The notes beneath the pieces are model-generated. The model ran no database searches and was not told the origin of the DNA. It saw nothing but the letters and a program-made list of their open reading frames with translations. DNA of 64,000 nt from Vicugna vicugna. Taxonomy: Eukaryota. The number at the start of each line of letters is the position of its first letter. Position 1 is the stretch's first letter. The position numbers were made by a program, and so were the translations under genes. Location of the stretch: assembly GCA_013265495.1 (NCBI GenBank), contig MU058000.1, positions 2,989,905 to 3,053,904 on the forward strand, in the 5' to 3' direction. Below, piece by piece: positions 26,726 to 40,790 of this stretch.

Positions 26726-27021
26726 TACATATAGAAAACATCATGCTTTCTTTGTGTGCACAGAAGGTCAAGGAGTACTGGCAAACAGATATAAAAAAAA
26801 ATATAACCAAATAAAGAAAATCAAAGAAAAGTCTCCTGATAAGGATGTATTTTTTATTCTCAAAAACCATTACATGGTTTTTAAGAATATCATTTATCAT
26901 TTGGGCTTGTGTTAGATAAGAATTTGTGGTTCTTGTACATTAATTTATTTCATTATTACTTTGAGAATGCTTACTGTGAGCAAGAATCATAGAAAAGCAT
27001 TGACTATAAAAAATGAAAAAG

Positions 27022-28582
27022 GAAATCAAAATCCCAGCTGTCATTTTTAACAAATTCATCCTAAAATATATGTAGAGGTGGAAGGGCCCATAGTAGCCAA
27101 AACAATCTTGAAAAAGAAGAACAAAGTTAGAGCATTGACACCTCCCAATTCCAAAGCTACAGTAAGTAAAACAGAGTGGTACAATCTGCATACAGTAAGC
27201 AAGACAGAGAGGTCCTTAAACATGAAGACCTCAGGCATATAGATCAAAGAAACAGAATTGGGAGTTCCAGAAAAAAATCATGGTAGTTAAGGTTAATTGA
27301 TTTTGGACAAAGGTGCCATGACATCACAAGTGGTAAGAATAGTCTTTTCAACAACTGGTGTTGGGACAACTGGATAGCCACATAAAAACAGAGTTGAACC
27401 TTTATCTCACATCATACACAAAAAATAACCTCAAAATAATTATAGACCTAAACACAAGAGCTAAAATTATAAAACTCATAGAAAAAAAAGGAATGAAATT
27501 TTGTGACCTTGGATTAGGCAATGATTTCTTAAATATTATACAAAAGGCCCACGTGATGAAAGAAAAAGTAATTACTTCGGATTTCTTCAAAATTAAACTC
27601 TTTTGTCCTTCAAATCACACCATCAACAAAGTGAAAACACAATCCAGAAAAGAGGTGAAGAGATTTGCAAATCATACATATGACAAGGGACTTGTATCCA
27701 TAAAAGAAATAACTCTTACCACTAAACAGCAAAAGGACAGGTAACCCAATTAATACGGGACAAGGGACTTGAACAGCCATTTCTCCAAAGGAAATATTGA
27801 ACCGACGTATAAGAACACAGAATATGCGCAACACTATTAGTTACTAGGGAAATGCAAAACAAAATCACTTCACATCCCCTAGAATGGCTACAGTAAACAA
27901 GAAAGACAATAAGAAATGTTGTGGAGAATGTGGAGAAATTTGAACCCTCATACATTGATGATGGAATTTTAAAATGGCGGCAGCAACTTTGGAACAGTTT
28001 GGCAGCTCCTTAAAATTTCATACATAGAGTTTCCAGATGACTCAACAATTCCACTTCTATGTATATTACCAATAGAAATAAAGCATATGTTCATGCAAAA
28101 ACATGTGCATGAATGTTTTTAGCAGCATTATTCATAGTAGCTAAGAACTGGAAACAACTCAACTATCTATCAAATGTAAATAGATAACTGGAGTGTAGTA
28201 TATTTATATAATGCGGTTATCATTGGGAAATGAAGGCAGAATGACATTGATACATGCTACAGTATGAATGAATTTTGAAAACATTATGCTAAATGACAAA
28301 CACTAGTCACAAAAGACTACATATTGTATGGCTAAGGAATGTCTAGAATAGGCAAAGCCATGGAGATAGCACATTCTTGTTCTAGGGACTTGGGGCAGGA
28401 AGGAGTGGAGAGTGGCTGTTAATGGATACAGGGTTTCTTTTTGGGTTATGAAAAATTCTGAAATTAGATAATGGTATGGTTGCAGAACTCCATGAATATA
28501 CTAAAAGAAACACCTGAATTGCACATTTTAAAAGAGTGGATTTTATGGTTTATGAATTATATTTCAATAAGGCTGTAAAAAA
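27022..28582 (+). mobile_element. L1MB-type LINE-1: 3' ORF2 plus 3' UTR
   Basis: ORF 27358-27744 (LNLYLTSYTKNNLKIIIDLNTRAKIIKLIE…) is decayed L1 ORF2. Ends TTTTATGGTTTATGAATTATATTTCAATAAGGCTGTAAAAAA. Confidence 0.92.
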
Positions 28583-28699
28583 CGTAAAAATAATGAAACA
28601 CCTAGTAAGTTACAGAGCTGGACCATGAACCCATGAAATCTTGAGTCAGAACTACGTACATCAACCAACATTTAATCTTCATATGGAACATTAGTTTTA

Positions 28700-28915
28700 C
28701 AGACGTCCTCTGCAAGTGTCGATCCTTTCAGAGGCTCTGTGGGTAGACAGGTAGCAAGGACCATCTGAATACTGAGAGTGAGGTAAAATAGCTTTAAGTA
28801 AATGGCAATAAAGATGACAGAATTCATAAATGGTGATGATAAGACTGAAAACCAAGTCCCTGCTTTCTAAACCCAAGACGGTTTTTTTCATCTCATTACT
28901 CCATGCTAAGCAGAT
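28700..28915 (-). mobile_element. MIR fragment
   Basis: GAATACTGAGAGTGAGGTAAAATAGCTT…AAGACTGAAAACCAAGTCCCTGCTTTCTAAACCCAAG. Confidence 0.5.
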
Positions 28916-31153
28916 TAGTACTGAATTTATTTTTTTGTACTTGTTTTTTTGTTCATATGTTAATACTTTTTGCTGCCTGGAATTTGTTTCAATAAATGAC
29001 GAATTATTGTGCCTTCTGAAATCTGTGCAAATGCTGAGTGTTGAAATAAAATTTTGAGACATCTGAATAAATGTGATGCGATTTATCACATATTTGTATT
29101 TATCACAAGTTTATATTCTGATGATGACAGCAATTTAACCTCCTAAGTCAACTCAGTTTCAAGTCTCTGGCCTTTGCAATGGAAGGCTCCTAACAACTAC
29201 ACTTAATTTAAACACGGAGTTAATAAAGAAATCAGCATATTGCATGCACACACAGAGTATGTTCCAAGCTAATGTATTAAGCCAAGGTGGAAGTGTAGCC
29301 ATGACCAATATATTTTTCTAAATATTGATTCACTGGAAAACCAATATCTTTTGCCTAAGGTTTTTCAGTTCACATGGAAACCATTCATTATCCTAGCAAA
29401 CATCCACAGCACAAACAAATCAATGAAGTGTGCACACCAACCAATATATTATACTTATAGTTCAATAAAATTGCTGCACACAACCATTTTTTTCATACAC
29501 TTGGCAATCTAATTTTGTCAGGCTTTTACAAATATTATACTTGATTTCTCCCAAAATGGCACTAAATTTGGAGACTCAACATTACAATGTAAGATTTCTC
29601 CCCTTTATTGTACCAGATATGTCCTTCGGATGTTACAAGATCTTTTGACTCCATCAATTTCTGGTAGGTTAGTTGCTGATACGCAAATACCACTTTTACT
29701 ACTTTTTAACCCTAAAGTATGGGTATTTTAGTATCAGAAGAAAGCTCGCAATTTGAATGACCAGAATGGATATCATATAAGAGCAGCTTGTGAAAAGAAA
29801 ACTAATCACTGCTTTACGTCACTCGGTTATTTTGGGGAAGTGATTAATTTCTTTGGTTCTTATAAGAATAGCAAGGAGTTCACACTTCTACTTGAAACCA
29901 GTTTGGAGACATTTCACAGAGGTGACTAACCTTATATTACGTTAGAAATTTGCATTTTTCATTAATGGGGCTCTTTTTTTTGTTGCCATCATTTTTTTTT
30001 TTTTTTAACCACAGTTGGAGGCAGCTTCAATGGGAAAGGCCAGGCACCAGGGAGACCCCGGGTAACTCCTCTTCCTGGGAGGAAGGGCTACTCCTTGACA
30101 TTTCGCGTGGTGCTCTGCAATACCTCCATGCCTCATAACATAGCAGACTTTAGAGGCCACCTTTTTGTACATCTGTTTTAAAAGAGCCAACCTACTATAA
30201 AAAGTGACATTAACCTTTAATTTTAATTCCTTCTTTCCCCTAGTCTAGGCAGCTGGGTTGCTCACTCAGTATAAAATCATATAGCGTGTTATTGCAGTGT
30301 TATCAGCGTGAATAATGGATTCCATGCTCGTTGAGATGAACCTCAGAAAGAAGGGTTACCACTATGGCCATCATTGTTCACACTGGCCTTTTAAATGGAA
30401 TGTCCTGGACATCCAAAGCACTGAGAGTGGCTAGTCTGAAAAGCTATGACAGTACTTTTAAAAATGCCATGGATTTTGAATGCACCAAGGATGACAAACA
30501 TATTACAGCAATATACTAATAAAATGTCATGGTCCTTAAAAGTGAATATTGACTTTTCTGCTTTCCTAACAGTGGAACTAAAGTGGATGGAGGTGGTTGG
30601 TAGTGTGAGGGTCATGTGCAAATGGCAGCTCCAGCATTGGGTTGCTCTTGGGTTACTGGACCTTGAGCTGGAGGTGCAACAGTGAAACTTCAGTATAAGT
30701 GATGTTTCTCAGAAATGTCACATCCACCTGTCATATGTGCCTCAGGCTATTTCCCTACAAATATTTGTGCCCTCCCAGAATTCTGCTATCATCTTTGCAC
30801 TTGTAAAGAAGAAACATTTGCCTTTTGGAAAGGAAGATACTAGAGGTACTTCTCCTTTAAATTGAATTGGCATAAGTATTAATCAGATTGCTTCATTATT
30901 TAGCACTGGTGGTTTCATTTCATTCACATGAAAGAAGTTGGTTACATTATATATGCCATCGATTGATGAGAACACTAGCTCTCACGTGATGCTAATGAAA
31001 TGTGCCCTCCATCAGGAAAATTTTTGAGTGGTCAAAGGAGAGTTTATATACTTAATAACAGCCTGACTTTCAAGGGCAGAAGAAAGCCTCTTCACCTAAT
31101 ATGAATTATTTCTCCAGTAGAGCTATGAAACAGACTAACTGAAAGTTCATACT

Positions 31154-31909
31154 GTGTGCCAGATAGCTTCATTTTGCCCCTTGTTAGTCACTTGCCTTCC
31201 TTCTCCACCATGGTCTCTTCCTTGGAAGGCTGACCTGCAGGGATTATATGAAAAGATCCCGTGTTCTTTAACATCCGGTAGGGCTCCGGCTTCATTGCGG
31301 GGCACAGGGGAAGGTAGGAAGATCGAAGACAGAATTTTTAGTGCCTGAGATCCCTCCTTGTGAGGTTACCTCAAGCTGGCCATGTTCCCCTAACAATGGT
31401 GACTACTCCCCTTAAGAGAGTGGACTATTCAGTTATCTCCTTTTAGGTTCCACTAGCCAAATCCCCTTTCATCCCTGTAGAACCAGAAGTGGTGATGCAC
31501 TGGTTACTATAAACTCTGGATGACTGCACTGTTCCTCCTGGTTTCCCTGTTACTGCCCCTTTCTAAATATGCCACTTTGTGAATAAACTCTCTTTGTTTA
31601 TCTGATTCTTTTATTTGTGGGTGTGTCTTTACCATTCCTTTTTTTTTTTTAATTGAAGTATAGTCAGTTTACAATGTGTTAATTTCTGGTGTACTGCATA
31701 GTGGTTCAGTTATACGTATGTATATATTCTTTTTCATATTTTTTATTGTAAACTATTACAAGGTATTAACTACAGTTCCCTGTGCTATATAGTAGGACTT
31801 TGATGTCTATCTATTTTATATATAGTAGTTAGTATCTGCAAATCCCAAATTCTCAGTTTATCCTATTCTGATAGTTTAGCTGTTTCCTGATGGGACTTGA
31901 CTGATCTCA
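31154..31909 (+). mobile_element. LTR16-family ERVL solo LTR, interrupted by a young L1
   Basis: GGAAGGCTGACCTGCAGGGATTA…GATCCCTCCTTGTGAGGT…GAATAAACTCTCTTTG, then after the L1 the terminal CTGTTTCCTGATGGGACTTGACTGATCTCA. Confidence 0.75.
31639..31864 (-). mobile_element. Camelid-type L1 3' end
   Basis: Poly-T then AATTGAAGTATAGTCAGTTTACAATGTGTTAATTTCTGGTGTAC…CAGTTCCCTGTGCTATATAG. Confidence 0.9.
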
Positions 31910-32049
31910 TAGCATAATTTGGGATCAAATAGAGACTTGTTTTTCAGTCTATAATCACTAAATAAAGTGAAAAATTTACTCAAATATCCAGATCTAGTAT
32001 CCCCAGAATATAATGACCCAGAATAGCCAGCAAAGTTCTTCACTGTTGG

Positions 32050-32903
32050 TTTTTTTTAATTTTTCATTGAAGTACAGTCAGTTATAATGTGTCAATTTCT
32101 GGTATACAGTATAATGTCCAAGTCATGCATATACATATATATATATATATATATTTTGTTTGTTTGTTTTCATATTCTTTTCCATTAAAGGTTATTATAA
32201 GATACTGAATATAGTTCCCTGTTCTATACAGAAGAAACTTGTTTAAAATCTATTTTTATATATAGTGGTTAACATTTGAAAATCTCAAACTCCCAAATTT
32301 ATCCCTTCCCACCCCCTTTCCCTAGTAACCATAAAATTGTTTACTATATCTGTTTCTGTTTTGTAGATGAGTTCATAATGTCCTTTATTTTTTATTCCAT
32401 GTATGAGTGATAGCATATGGTATTTTCCTTTCTCTTTCTGGCTTACTTCACTTGGAATGATGATCTCTAGGTCCATCCATGTTGCTACAGATCACATTAT
32501 TTTATTCTTTTTATGGCTGAGTAGTATTCCATTGTATAAATATATCACAACTTCTTTATCCAGTCAATGGACATTTAGGTTGCTTTCATGTCTTAGCTAT
32601 TGTATATAGTGCTGCTATGAACATTGGGGTGCATTATATTTTTGAAATAGAATTCCTTCCAGATATATATCCAGAAGTGGGATTGCTGGATTATAGGATA
32701 AGTCTATTTTTAGTTTTTTGAAGAATTTCCATACTGTTTTCCATAATGACTGTATCAAACTACATTCCCAACAGTGCAGGAGGGTTCCCTTTCCTCCACA
32801 CCCTCTCCAGCATTTATCATTCATGGACTTTTGAATGATGGCCATTCTGACTGGTGTGAGGCGATACCTCATTGGAGTTTTGATTTGCATTTCTCTGATA
32901 ATT
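32050..32903 (-). mobile_element. Camelid-type L1, 5'-truncated (ORF2 C-terminus plus 3' UTR)
   Basis: ORFs 32615-32890 ([22 protein letters not shown]…[15 protein letters not shown], the ORF2 Cys-rich C-terminus) and 32285-32476 (MDLEIIIPSEVSQKEK). Same 3' tail as the other young L1s. Confidence 0.95.
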
Positions 32904-34010
32904 TGTACTGTTTATTTTTTCTTTTCTTCTTTTCTTTTTGGATGGATAGACAGAGTCTGTGCTTACCCAAAACAGGAAAATCCAGTCATGGGAAGTCTTT
33001 GCTGTCCTCATCTAGTATTATTCTCCTCATGCAGACATATCCTTTCCAGGCTAAGAAAGATATCAGACATACATCTAAACTAGCCAAACTGAGAGGAAAC
33101 CGATTCATAGCCCAAAAAAATAAATATTCAAGGTCCTTGCACTTTCAACTGTTTTTAACAAGTGATCATTGAATGCACTTTGAGCTGCTGCATATAAAGT
33201 TAAAAATAACTATTGATATCTTCCCAGTGTACAAGTTATTATAAAAAAATTTCCATGACTTTTCTCATTAAAATACATTTATAATAGAAGTTTCATATAA
33301 TAGAAATAAGCAAAAGAAAAGTCAATTCCCTCTTGATTTGGTAGCATCTCATTCATTGTTCTTTTTCACCATCATTTGCTGATTCCTTTTCTTATTCCTG
33401 GTCTCTTAACTGTGAGGTCAACCTTCCCTTACCATCTCTACATGCTCCTTAGTTTTCTGATCCAATCTTATTATTTTAAATACCTGTTCTATGCCATGAC
33501 TTCTAAGTTTATCTCCAGCATGAATCTCTCCCTGAAATCCTGACTCGTATATCAAACTACCTACTCAATAGCTCTACTCGGATATCTCATAAACATCTCA
33601 CACTTAACATTTCCCCAACAAAACTGCTGATCTTAACTCTCCATGATCCACTCAGCAATCTTCACCTTTTCCTTCCGGGTACTCAGCCTAAAGCTGGAGT
33701 TACTCTTAACTCATTCTCTTTCTTTCCTACCCCACATTCAATCTACTAGCAGATCCTGTTAGTTGATGTTAAAAATACATAGAGGATCCAACGCCTTTTC
33801 ACCATTCCCATTGTAAACTGTCTGGTCCAACTTGCCATCATCTCTGTTTTCAAATGTTGTATTAGGCTTCTAATTGGTTTCCTGCTTCCACATTTCTCCC
33901 TACACACCCCAAAGCTGTCCATCATGCCGTAGAGACTGCATTCAAAGTGATCAAGATGATACTAAACTCAGATGAAGTCTTCTGTTTATGATCATCCAAT
34001 GACAGCCCTC

Positions 34011-34482
34011 TGAATTCATTTCCTAGGGCTTCCAAAGCACAATATTGCAAACTCAGTGGCTTAAAATGACAGAAATTTATCCTCTTACAGTTATGGAAGC
34101 TGAAGTTGGAGACAAGTTGTCAGCAGGGCTGTGTTCTCTCTGAGTACTCTGGGAAAGAATCCTTCACTGCCTCTCTCCTTGCTTTGGGTGGCTGCTGGTG
34201 ACCCTGAGCACTCCTTGGCTTGTAACTGCATCATTCCAATCTTTGCCTCCATCTTCACAAGGCCTTCTTCCCCGTGTCTCCTCTGTGTCTTTGTATATGG
34301 AAGTCTCTCTCATTCATCTTATAAAGACACCAGTCATTGGATTAAAGGCCTACTCTGATGCAGTATGACTTCACCTCAACATGATTCCTCAGCAAAGACC
34401 CTACTTCCAAATCAAGTCACATTCACAGGTTCCAGGTAGACAAGAATTAGGGGAATGAGGGAGGAACTATTTAACTAGCACA
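34011..34482 (-). mobile_element. MLT1C-like MaLR solo LTR
   Basis: TTTCCTAGGGCTTCC…GTGGCTTAAAATGACAGAAATTTATCCTCTTACAGTT…CTCCTTGGCTTGTAACTGCATCATTCCAATCTTTGCCTCC…GTCACATTCACAGGT. Confidence 0.88.
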
Positions 34483-34502
34483 CTTGTCCGTTCCATCTGG
34501 AG

Positions 34503-34674
34503 CAGCGGCACTTAATTGGGGCAATTTTGTTCCCTAGACGATGCTGGCAATATCTGGAGACATTTTTGTTGTTCACAACTGGAGCATAGTGAACGCCGTA
34601 CAGTGCACAGAACAGCATCCCCAAACAAAGAATTATCAAGGCCAAAAAGTGGATCATGTCAAGGTAGAACTTTG
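34503..34674 (+). mobile_element. MER20 hAT MITE (internally deleted)
   Basis: GGGGCAATTTTGTTCCC…TGGCAATATCTGGAGACATTTTTGTTGTTCACAACTGG…ACAAAGAATTATC. Degenerate TSD ATCTGGAG/TCTTGGAG. Confidence 0.85.
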
Positions 34675-37600
34675 TTCTTGGAGTGAAAGTCAAGATACTA
34701 CCAATGGCCTAAAGACCCTTCATCTCTGTTTATCCTGCACTAGCCTCAAAGGCTTTCTCTTTTTCCTTGAATAGATGCTCCGGTGCTCTCTGTTGGCTTG
34801 GTTTGGGATTATTGTCTTTCTGATATCAGAATTCTGAATTCCTCACTTCCTTCAACTCTTCTTTCAACTGCCACCCTCTCGAGGAACCTTATCCCGATAA
34901 CTTCGTTTCAGTGGTAACTGTTATCCCAATACTACTAATTCTTCTTATCAGGTTCTATTATTTTCATAATATTTATCATTTTCTTTCTGATTAAGCCACA
35001 TGCTAATTTATTAAGTTTACTGTCAGTCTTTTATCTTCTCCCATCAAAAACAAATTACATAATGACGGATCTTTGTCTGCCACTCAAATAAATAAATTAA
35101 TCAGTAACTGAAAATACTTGCACACACCGCTCAGAGATAACCACTGGATTTTCTAAAAGTACACAAATGGAACAAAGCTCTATACTCGTGGGTTTAGAAA
35201 GTACAGAGATGCATGCAGTCCTGATATTAAAACTCTTATTTTGCTTCAAATAAGGTTTGGTTAATTGTTTCCTTTATGACTATAAAGAAAAGATATATAA
35301 TGTTTTCATTTCACCAAAAATTCTATAAAGGAGTTGTAATGAAGGGCCATATAGATATTCAGATGATGCTACCATAATTCAAAGCCTCCCATATCTCCCT
35401 CTTGGGGGATGGTATTTCTGACTTTATGGCATATTATCTTGAATAGCACGGATGGAGGCAAATCCATGGTCTATGAAATAAGGTAGTAGTCATCAGAAGC
35501 AATCCTAATGAGTAAAGAGAGAGAATGAAAACACTGTGTAATGTGTTTTAATGGGACTATAAAGTAAGATGACAGAAATCTTGTCAGTACCATTACTTAT
35601 ATCTAAAAGAGGGTGCTTCTTTAAAAAAAAAATAGTTTGGGACTCCATTTATTCTAATCCATCCACATTTTACATAATGCTGTGATAAAAACAATTAAAT
35701 CAATGCAGAATATGGAAAGTAGCATTAAAACACAGGCTTAAATAGAAAGCAAAGCATTTTAAAATTACAAAAGTGATAGGTAAGTATGGACTAAGTAAAA
35801 ACAATAAACTTACAGATATAGCTAAAAAATTTTTTGGCAACACACCCTTAATTACACTGCCTGACAGACAGTAGTTACTCCATAAATACTCATTGGATTA
35901 ATAAGCATGTATTGATCAATAAGTGAGAATTTTTCTGGAATTTCTGTTCAGATCCAAATAACATCTTTGCTGTTCCTCCTTGGGAAATGGTAATACTTCT
36001 ATGAAATTTCTGTTATTCTCTCAGAGCCCAGGCCATTTCTAAGCCTGCTCAGTTCTGTATTTTCTAGAATGTATTTTGCTTAGCTGTATCCTCGTGAATG
36101 ACTCAGTCTGAGATGCTATCCATACAGTGGCAGCAGCCCTGCCAAGTACCTAGTGCCCAAGTGATGGCCCCAAGGACAAGCACGTGGGCTCCTCGTCTGC
36201 GTATAGATAATTATTACAGCATGTTCAACGTTGCTGCAATGGCTTTCAAACTAATAATTGGGAAGAAGGAAATGATTATGGACAATGGTCACAAGCTGAG
36301 CTATTTATGCCAATTTATTGTGGTTCTAAACGAAGTTGAGTAAATGAATATTATGGGGAAAACGACACACATTCATTGTTTGTTACTTGGGGCATTAGAG
36401 AAATTAACTTTCTAGAAAATAAAATTCTCCTCTAAAAAAAATTACAATTATTAATTCTCATCCTCTCCCTCTTAATTCACCATTCCTCTTTGTGTGAAAA
36501 ACTTACATATAGCAGAGTCTTTATAGATATTGTTGAATTTGTGGGATGACAAAATGGTATTTAAACCATGAAACAAAATCAGGTCTTTATAATGTTGAAA
36601 ACCATCATATGTTTAATTCTACCATTTTATTATTACCGCTATTATTGTTGTTGTAGTTGTTATTATTTTAGTTTCATCAGTTTCACTCATACACTTTAAC
36701 TCCTGATTCTGTTCTAAAAGCAAGTTAATAACTAAATTCATTTCCTTTTCCTTCCAAGAGGTCACTGAATATTGCACTGTTTATGAAATCAAAACATTCT
36801 GAAATTTTGGCTCAATCCCTATTTGGGGCACTCAGATACAGACTTAAGTGGAACTTGGAAAAGGACAATAAAAGCATGAAACGGCCTGACAGAACTGATT
36901 TATGAGTTCAGATTAACGTAATTATACAGCAGATATTTCATAGATTGAAGAAAACATCCCAAAGGGAACCTATCATAAAAAAACAAGCTTAGCTGCTACA
37001 GCTGTGTGCGACAGTGGGTTACGTCACAGAGAAAGAGGAGCAAGGGGCATGCTTGTTGACAAGCTTTAGCCCTGCACTACAAAGAAACAGAAAGTGAACA
37101 TTTAGACTGAAGACTAGAAAACGTAACCAAAGACAACCTAATGACAGCCGTGGGATATTGTCCCGAGGGAAGCAAAAGTGAGTAACATATCCCCATTACT
37201 TACAATGGAATGAAACTAAGAAATTAGAAATCTTTTTGTCTTCAAAGACTAAGACTAATTCATAAATTCTATTTTGTTCTGTTCTGTTTTTTAATTATGC
37301 ACATGCATGCACACTGGATTCTGGGCAGAAGTACAATTATTAAACTCTGCGAAGAGAGAGGATATTGAAATTTCCATTAGAATGATGGTAGATAAGTACC
37401 ACTCAGAGCACACGGCTGCTGCTTTTAGATAGCCAAGACAGACAAGAAGTCTCATCTTTTATTTTCTTCGCTGTTGTTATGTCTCCAAAGTCTAAAATAT
37501 AAAACCCCAAAATGACCCATTCAGCAGGTGAATAGAAGGTTTCATTGGGATGATTAAAGCAAGAGCTTGCTCCACCTGAGAGACGATCTAACAGGAATCT

Positions 37601-37931
37601 GTCACTTTTCTAACAGCGATTCCAAAGATGTGCAAATCCCATCTTACTCAGTCTCTCTCAAGCTTTTCAGTAAAATCTTTCCATCATTCAAGGATCTCCA
37701 GGCTTCTTAACCAGTCTTAATTAGGTTGTCTCAAACCAAGTACAAATAAGAAAAAAGAATTTGGCATACAATATGCATACAGTAAGAAGGACAGAATGCC
37801 TAAGCTTGATTCATCTTCTTCTTTCTTCTCTTTGATGCTAAGAAAAAGTGTTCTTTCGCAGGATGTGTCACCACAGCTATGAACATGACACATGCTAATT
37901 TATAGTATGAATTTCTGCTTGTCAGGTTTCA

Positions 37932-37956
37932 GTGGACTGTGGACTGTGGACTGTGG
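37932..37956. repeat. Short tandem repeat (GTGGACT)3.5
   Basis: GTGGACTGTGGACTGTGGACTGTGG. Confidence 0.9.
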
Positions 37957-40399
37957 CAGGGATGTGGTTGCCCTGAAGACTAATCTTCTGAGCAATCCAC
38001 TGATATTTGGAAAGCAAAGGGGGACTAAAATAATCTCTGCTTCATTTTTTCATATGAAATTTCTAATTAAAATAGCCTTTGCTTGCTGTATTTTTTTTTT
38101 GCTTTCAAATGGGAAATGTCCACTTTTATGGATTTTTTAAAAATCAAACTAGAGGAATTCTCATTTGAGATGTGAAATTAAGTTCTCCTTCCAGCTAAAT
38201 GGTCAAGATCAGTGATATCATGGTAATTTGTGAGTCTTTCAAGATGGACATCTAATTCCCATTGTGAACTAGTTTCATTATAAATGAAGCAGTGAGTTAA
38301 CAAAGCTGTCCTGCCCCTTGGGCCTTGAAGGAATAGCTTATGTAACTAAAAAGTAGCATTGCTTTATGTCTCTCACATTGTTGAACACATGTTAGACTCT
38401 AGATGTAAACTGTTGAGTCCATTTCTCCATCCGGTTTATAGTTAATGCACTTAATGTTCTTAAAATAAATACAGACACAGAAATAGACTTTGTATTGGTT
38501 AAATCTTTACATTTTTAGCAATTGTAAATATACATGGTTTCTAGGAATTTCTCTTTTCATATCTTCAAATATTTGAGCATGTTAAATGTTTTCAACTTTA
38601 CACAGGAAGTAAGGAATAGGCACACATTTCTAATAGGATGAGAGAGAGATTTGGTAAGCCAACAGAGAGATTATTCCTAAACACTTGTGCCTAATTGGAA
38701 ATTAATTGTGAAGCTAAAAACCCATTTATCTTTGATGAAATGCAGTAAGTTTGTGAACATCGGTAAAACTGTCAAGTATTAGCATTGCTTTTGGCTAAAG
38801 TTTAATTTCCCACTTATAAACTTATATAAACTTAGGATTTCTGTGTCTATGAGATTCTCTGAGCTTCAAACTTGGCCAAAATATATATATATATTTTCTC
38901 CCATTCTCAGTTTTATCTCTCTCCTGGACTATGTTTTAAAACGATAAAAAGTACAATGATTAGATTATTTCTTAAAGCTTGATAGTGGTCCAGACAGTAG
39001 AATTTGCACAATGGAGGCTAATAATAGAAACAGAGAAATGTTAGTTTAGGATGGTTTTTGTTCCTTGAGACCAAGTTAACAAAACTTTGGGCTAAAATAT
39101 TTCTCAGTGATAAAGTAGGCTATTTAAACTTTGCTTGAGTTCCTTAATACAAATTGGTTGCTCAAATAATAATTTATGAAGTGCACGTAACTCTAGTAAT
39201 CTGTATTAATCTATAGGCTCTGATTAAGAAAATTAAAATATAGAAGCACTATTAGTTATAATGACTATATATGTGATGATCTAGTATATTGATTTTATAA
39301 AGATTACTATAAAGTATACTGGTTTGACATGATATTTCAGAGACACATTCAAGTTATATTTCTTAGCATTGATGTGAACCATCTCTATCAAGATAATCAT
39401 TCCTCCTAAAGTTTATATCACTGTTGTAGATCTGAAGTTTAGGTAATTATATGTGTAACATATGATAATACATATATAACATAGCATTCTATGTATATAT
39501 AATGCATATGTTGATCTGATATATATGTTCTCCAGATCTCAGAAATCAAATACACTGATTTTTTTTAATCATTTCCTAATTTAAACGATGGCTAATTTAA
39601 ACTATCGGTTAAAAATTATGTTGTGAAACCATTCTGTTAGGAATAATATCGCTCTGCCAAGACATCACATTTCTTTCAGGATGATTATAATTTGTGCATA
39701 CTATATATTTACAAAATTCTGTTGCTTGATGTTTTTCCACTTCGATTTAATTTAGAAGCTTACTGTTACACTATAAGCTCTGTGCATGCCTTTTAAATGA
39801 CTGTGTTTATAATTAAAGACGTTACTAGTATACATGATTGACATGAAATGGACATTTCATAACCTGCCTGCTACAACCTATATATGCACTCTTGGCTTCC
39901 TTATCTAGAAGAGTCTTTTATTTGCTAACAACACATCATTTGGTCTCTAAAGTCCTACAAAAGTCAAGACTACAGTGTCCCTGGCACTTCAAACAGGAGG
40001 CCTATTCACTTGTTCAGAGGCAGCATCAGCCTTGCCAGTGGGGAGGAATGGAGGCAGGTCGCACCTCTCGGGTGACTGACAGTTGCATCTCTTCCTCAGG
40101 ATGAAAGGCCCTAGCCTCTGCCCTGCGCCCAGTGTTAAAACTGCAGAGGTTTCTCGTTCCCTGGTTGCCTGAAGGAAATGGAAACTATGAGTGAAACTTT
40201 CATGGTTTAGCTTTGAATTTTATCTCAGATTAGAAAGGGGCTTTCATTCACTTATTCAATCAGTTATTCTCTGCATGCTAACTGCATCTGTGCCAGACAC
40301 TATGTTGCCTGCTGGAAATACCAGTTACCTGACCCAAGGATTTCCCGCTCAAGTTCGGACAAAGCCTCCACCTTTACCTGTATTCTGGCCATGCTTTTA

Positions 40400-40790
40400 A
40401 AATTATTTGCAGCCATGACCCATGTTAAGTTTTCAACATTCGTGCTGTTTCTTCTTTTTATTCCTTTGTGTCTCAAAGATGTCTGACGGTTCCCTGAAGT
40501 CCTTCTCTGAGGTTTCTCCAGACCGCCTCCAACCCCTGAAGCCTCAGAACACGTTAGGACTTCTTTGCTCTCTGCTGCACAGACACCATCCGCTCCAGGG
40601 GTCGGACACTTAGCACATTGTTTTGTAGCACTCTGTTTATCTGTCTGTCTTCCCCTCTAGACACTGAGCAACTCGAGAGCAGAACTTTCTCTCTGATCAT
40701 CAACATATCACAAAAGCCCGTCTCAGAGTTTGGCAGAAAACATATTGGAAGAAAGGAGAGAAATGAAGTGAAATGAAATGAATTGAAATA
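40400..40790 (+). mobile_element. L2 3' end
   Basis: TCTGTTTATCTGTCTGTCTTCCCCTCTAGACACTGAGCAACTCGAGAGCAGAAC and a terminal (TGAAA)n-like tail. Confidence 0.7.

Larger units (their letters stand above)
33370..35110 (+). mobile_element. L2 LINE, interrupted by MLT1C and MER20
   Basis: CTCTCCCTGAAATCCTGACTCGTATATCAAACTACCTACTC…GGATATCTCATAAACATCTCACACTTAACAT. Resumes at GAGTGAAAGTCAAGATACTACCAATGGCCTAAAGACCCT after the inserts. Confidence 0.8.
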
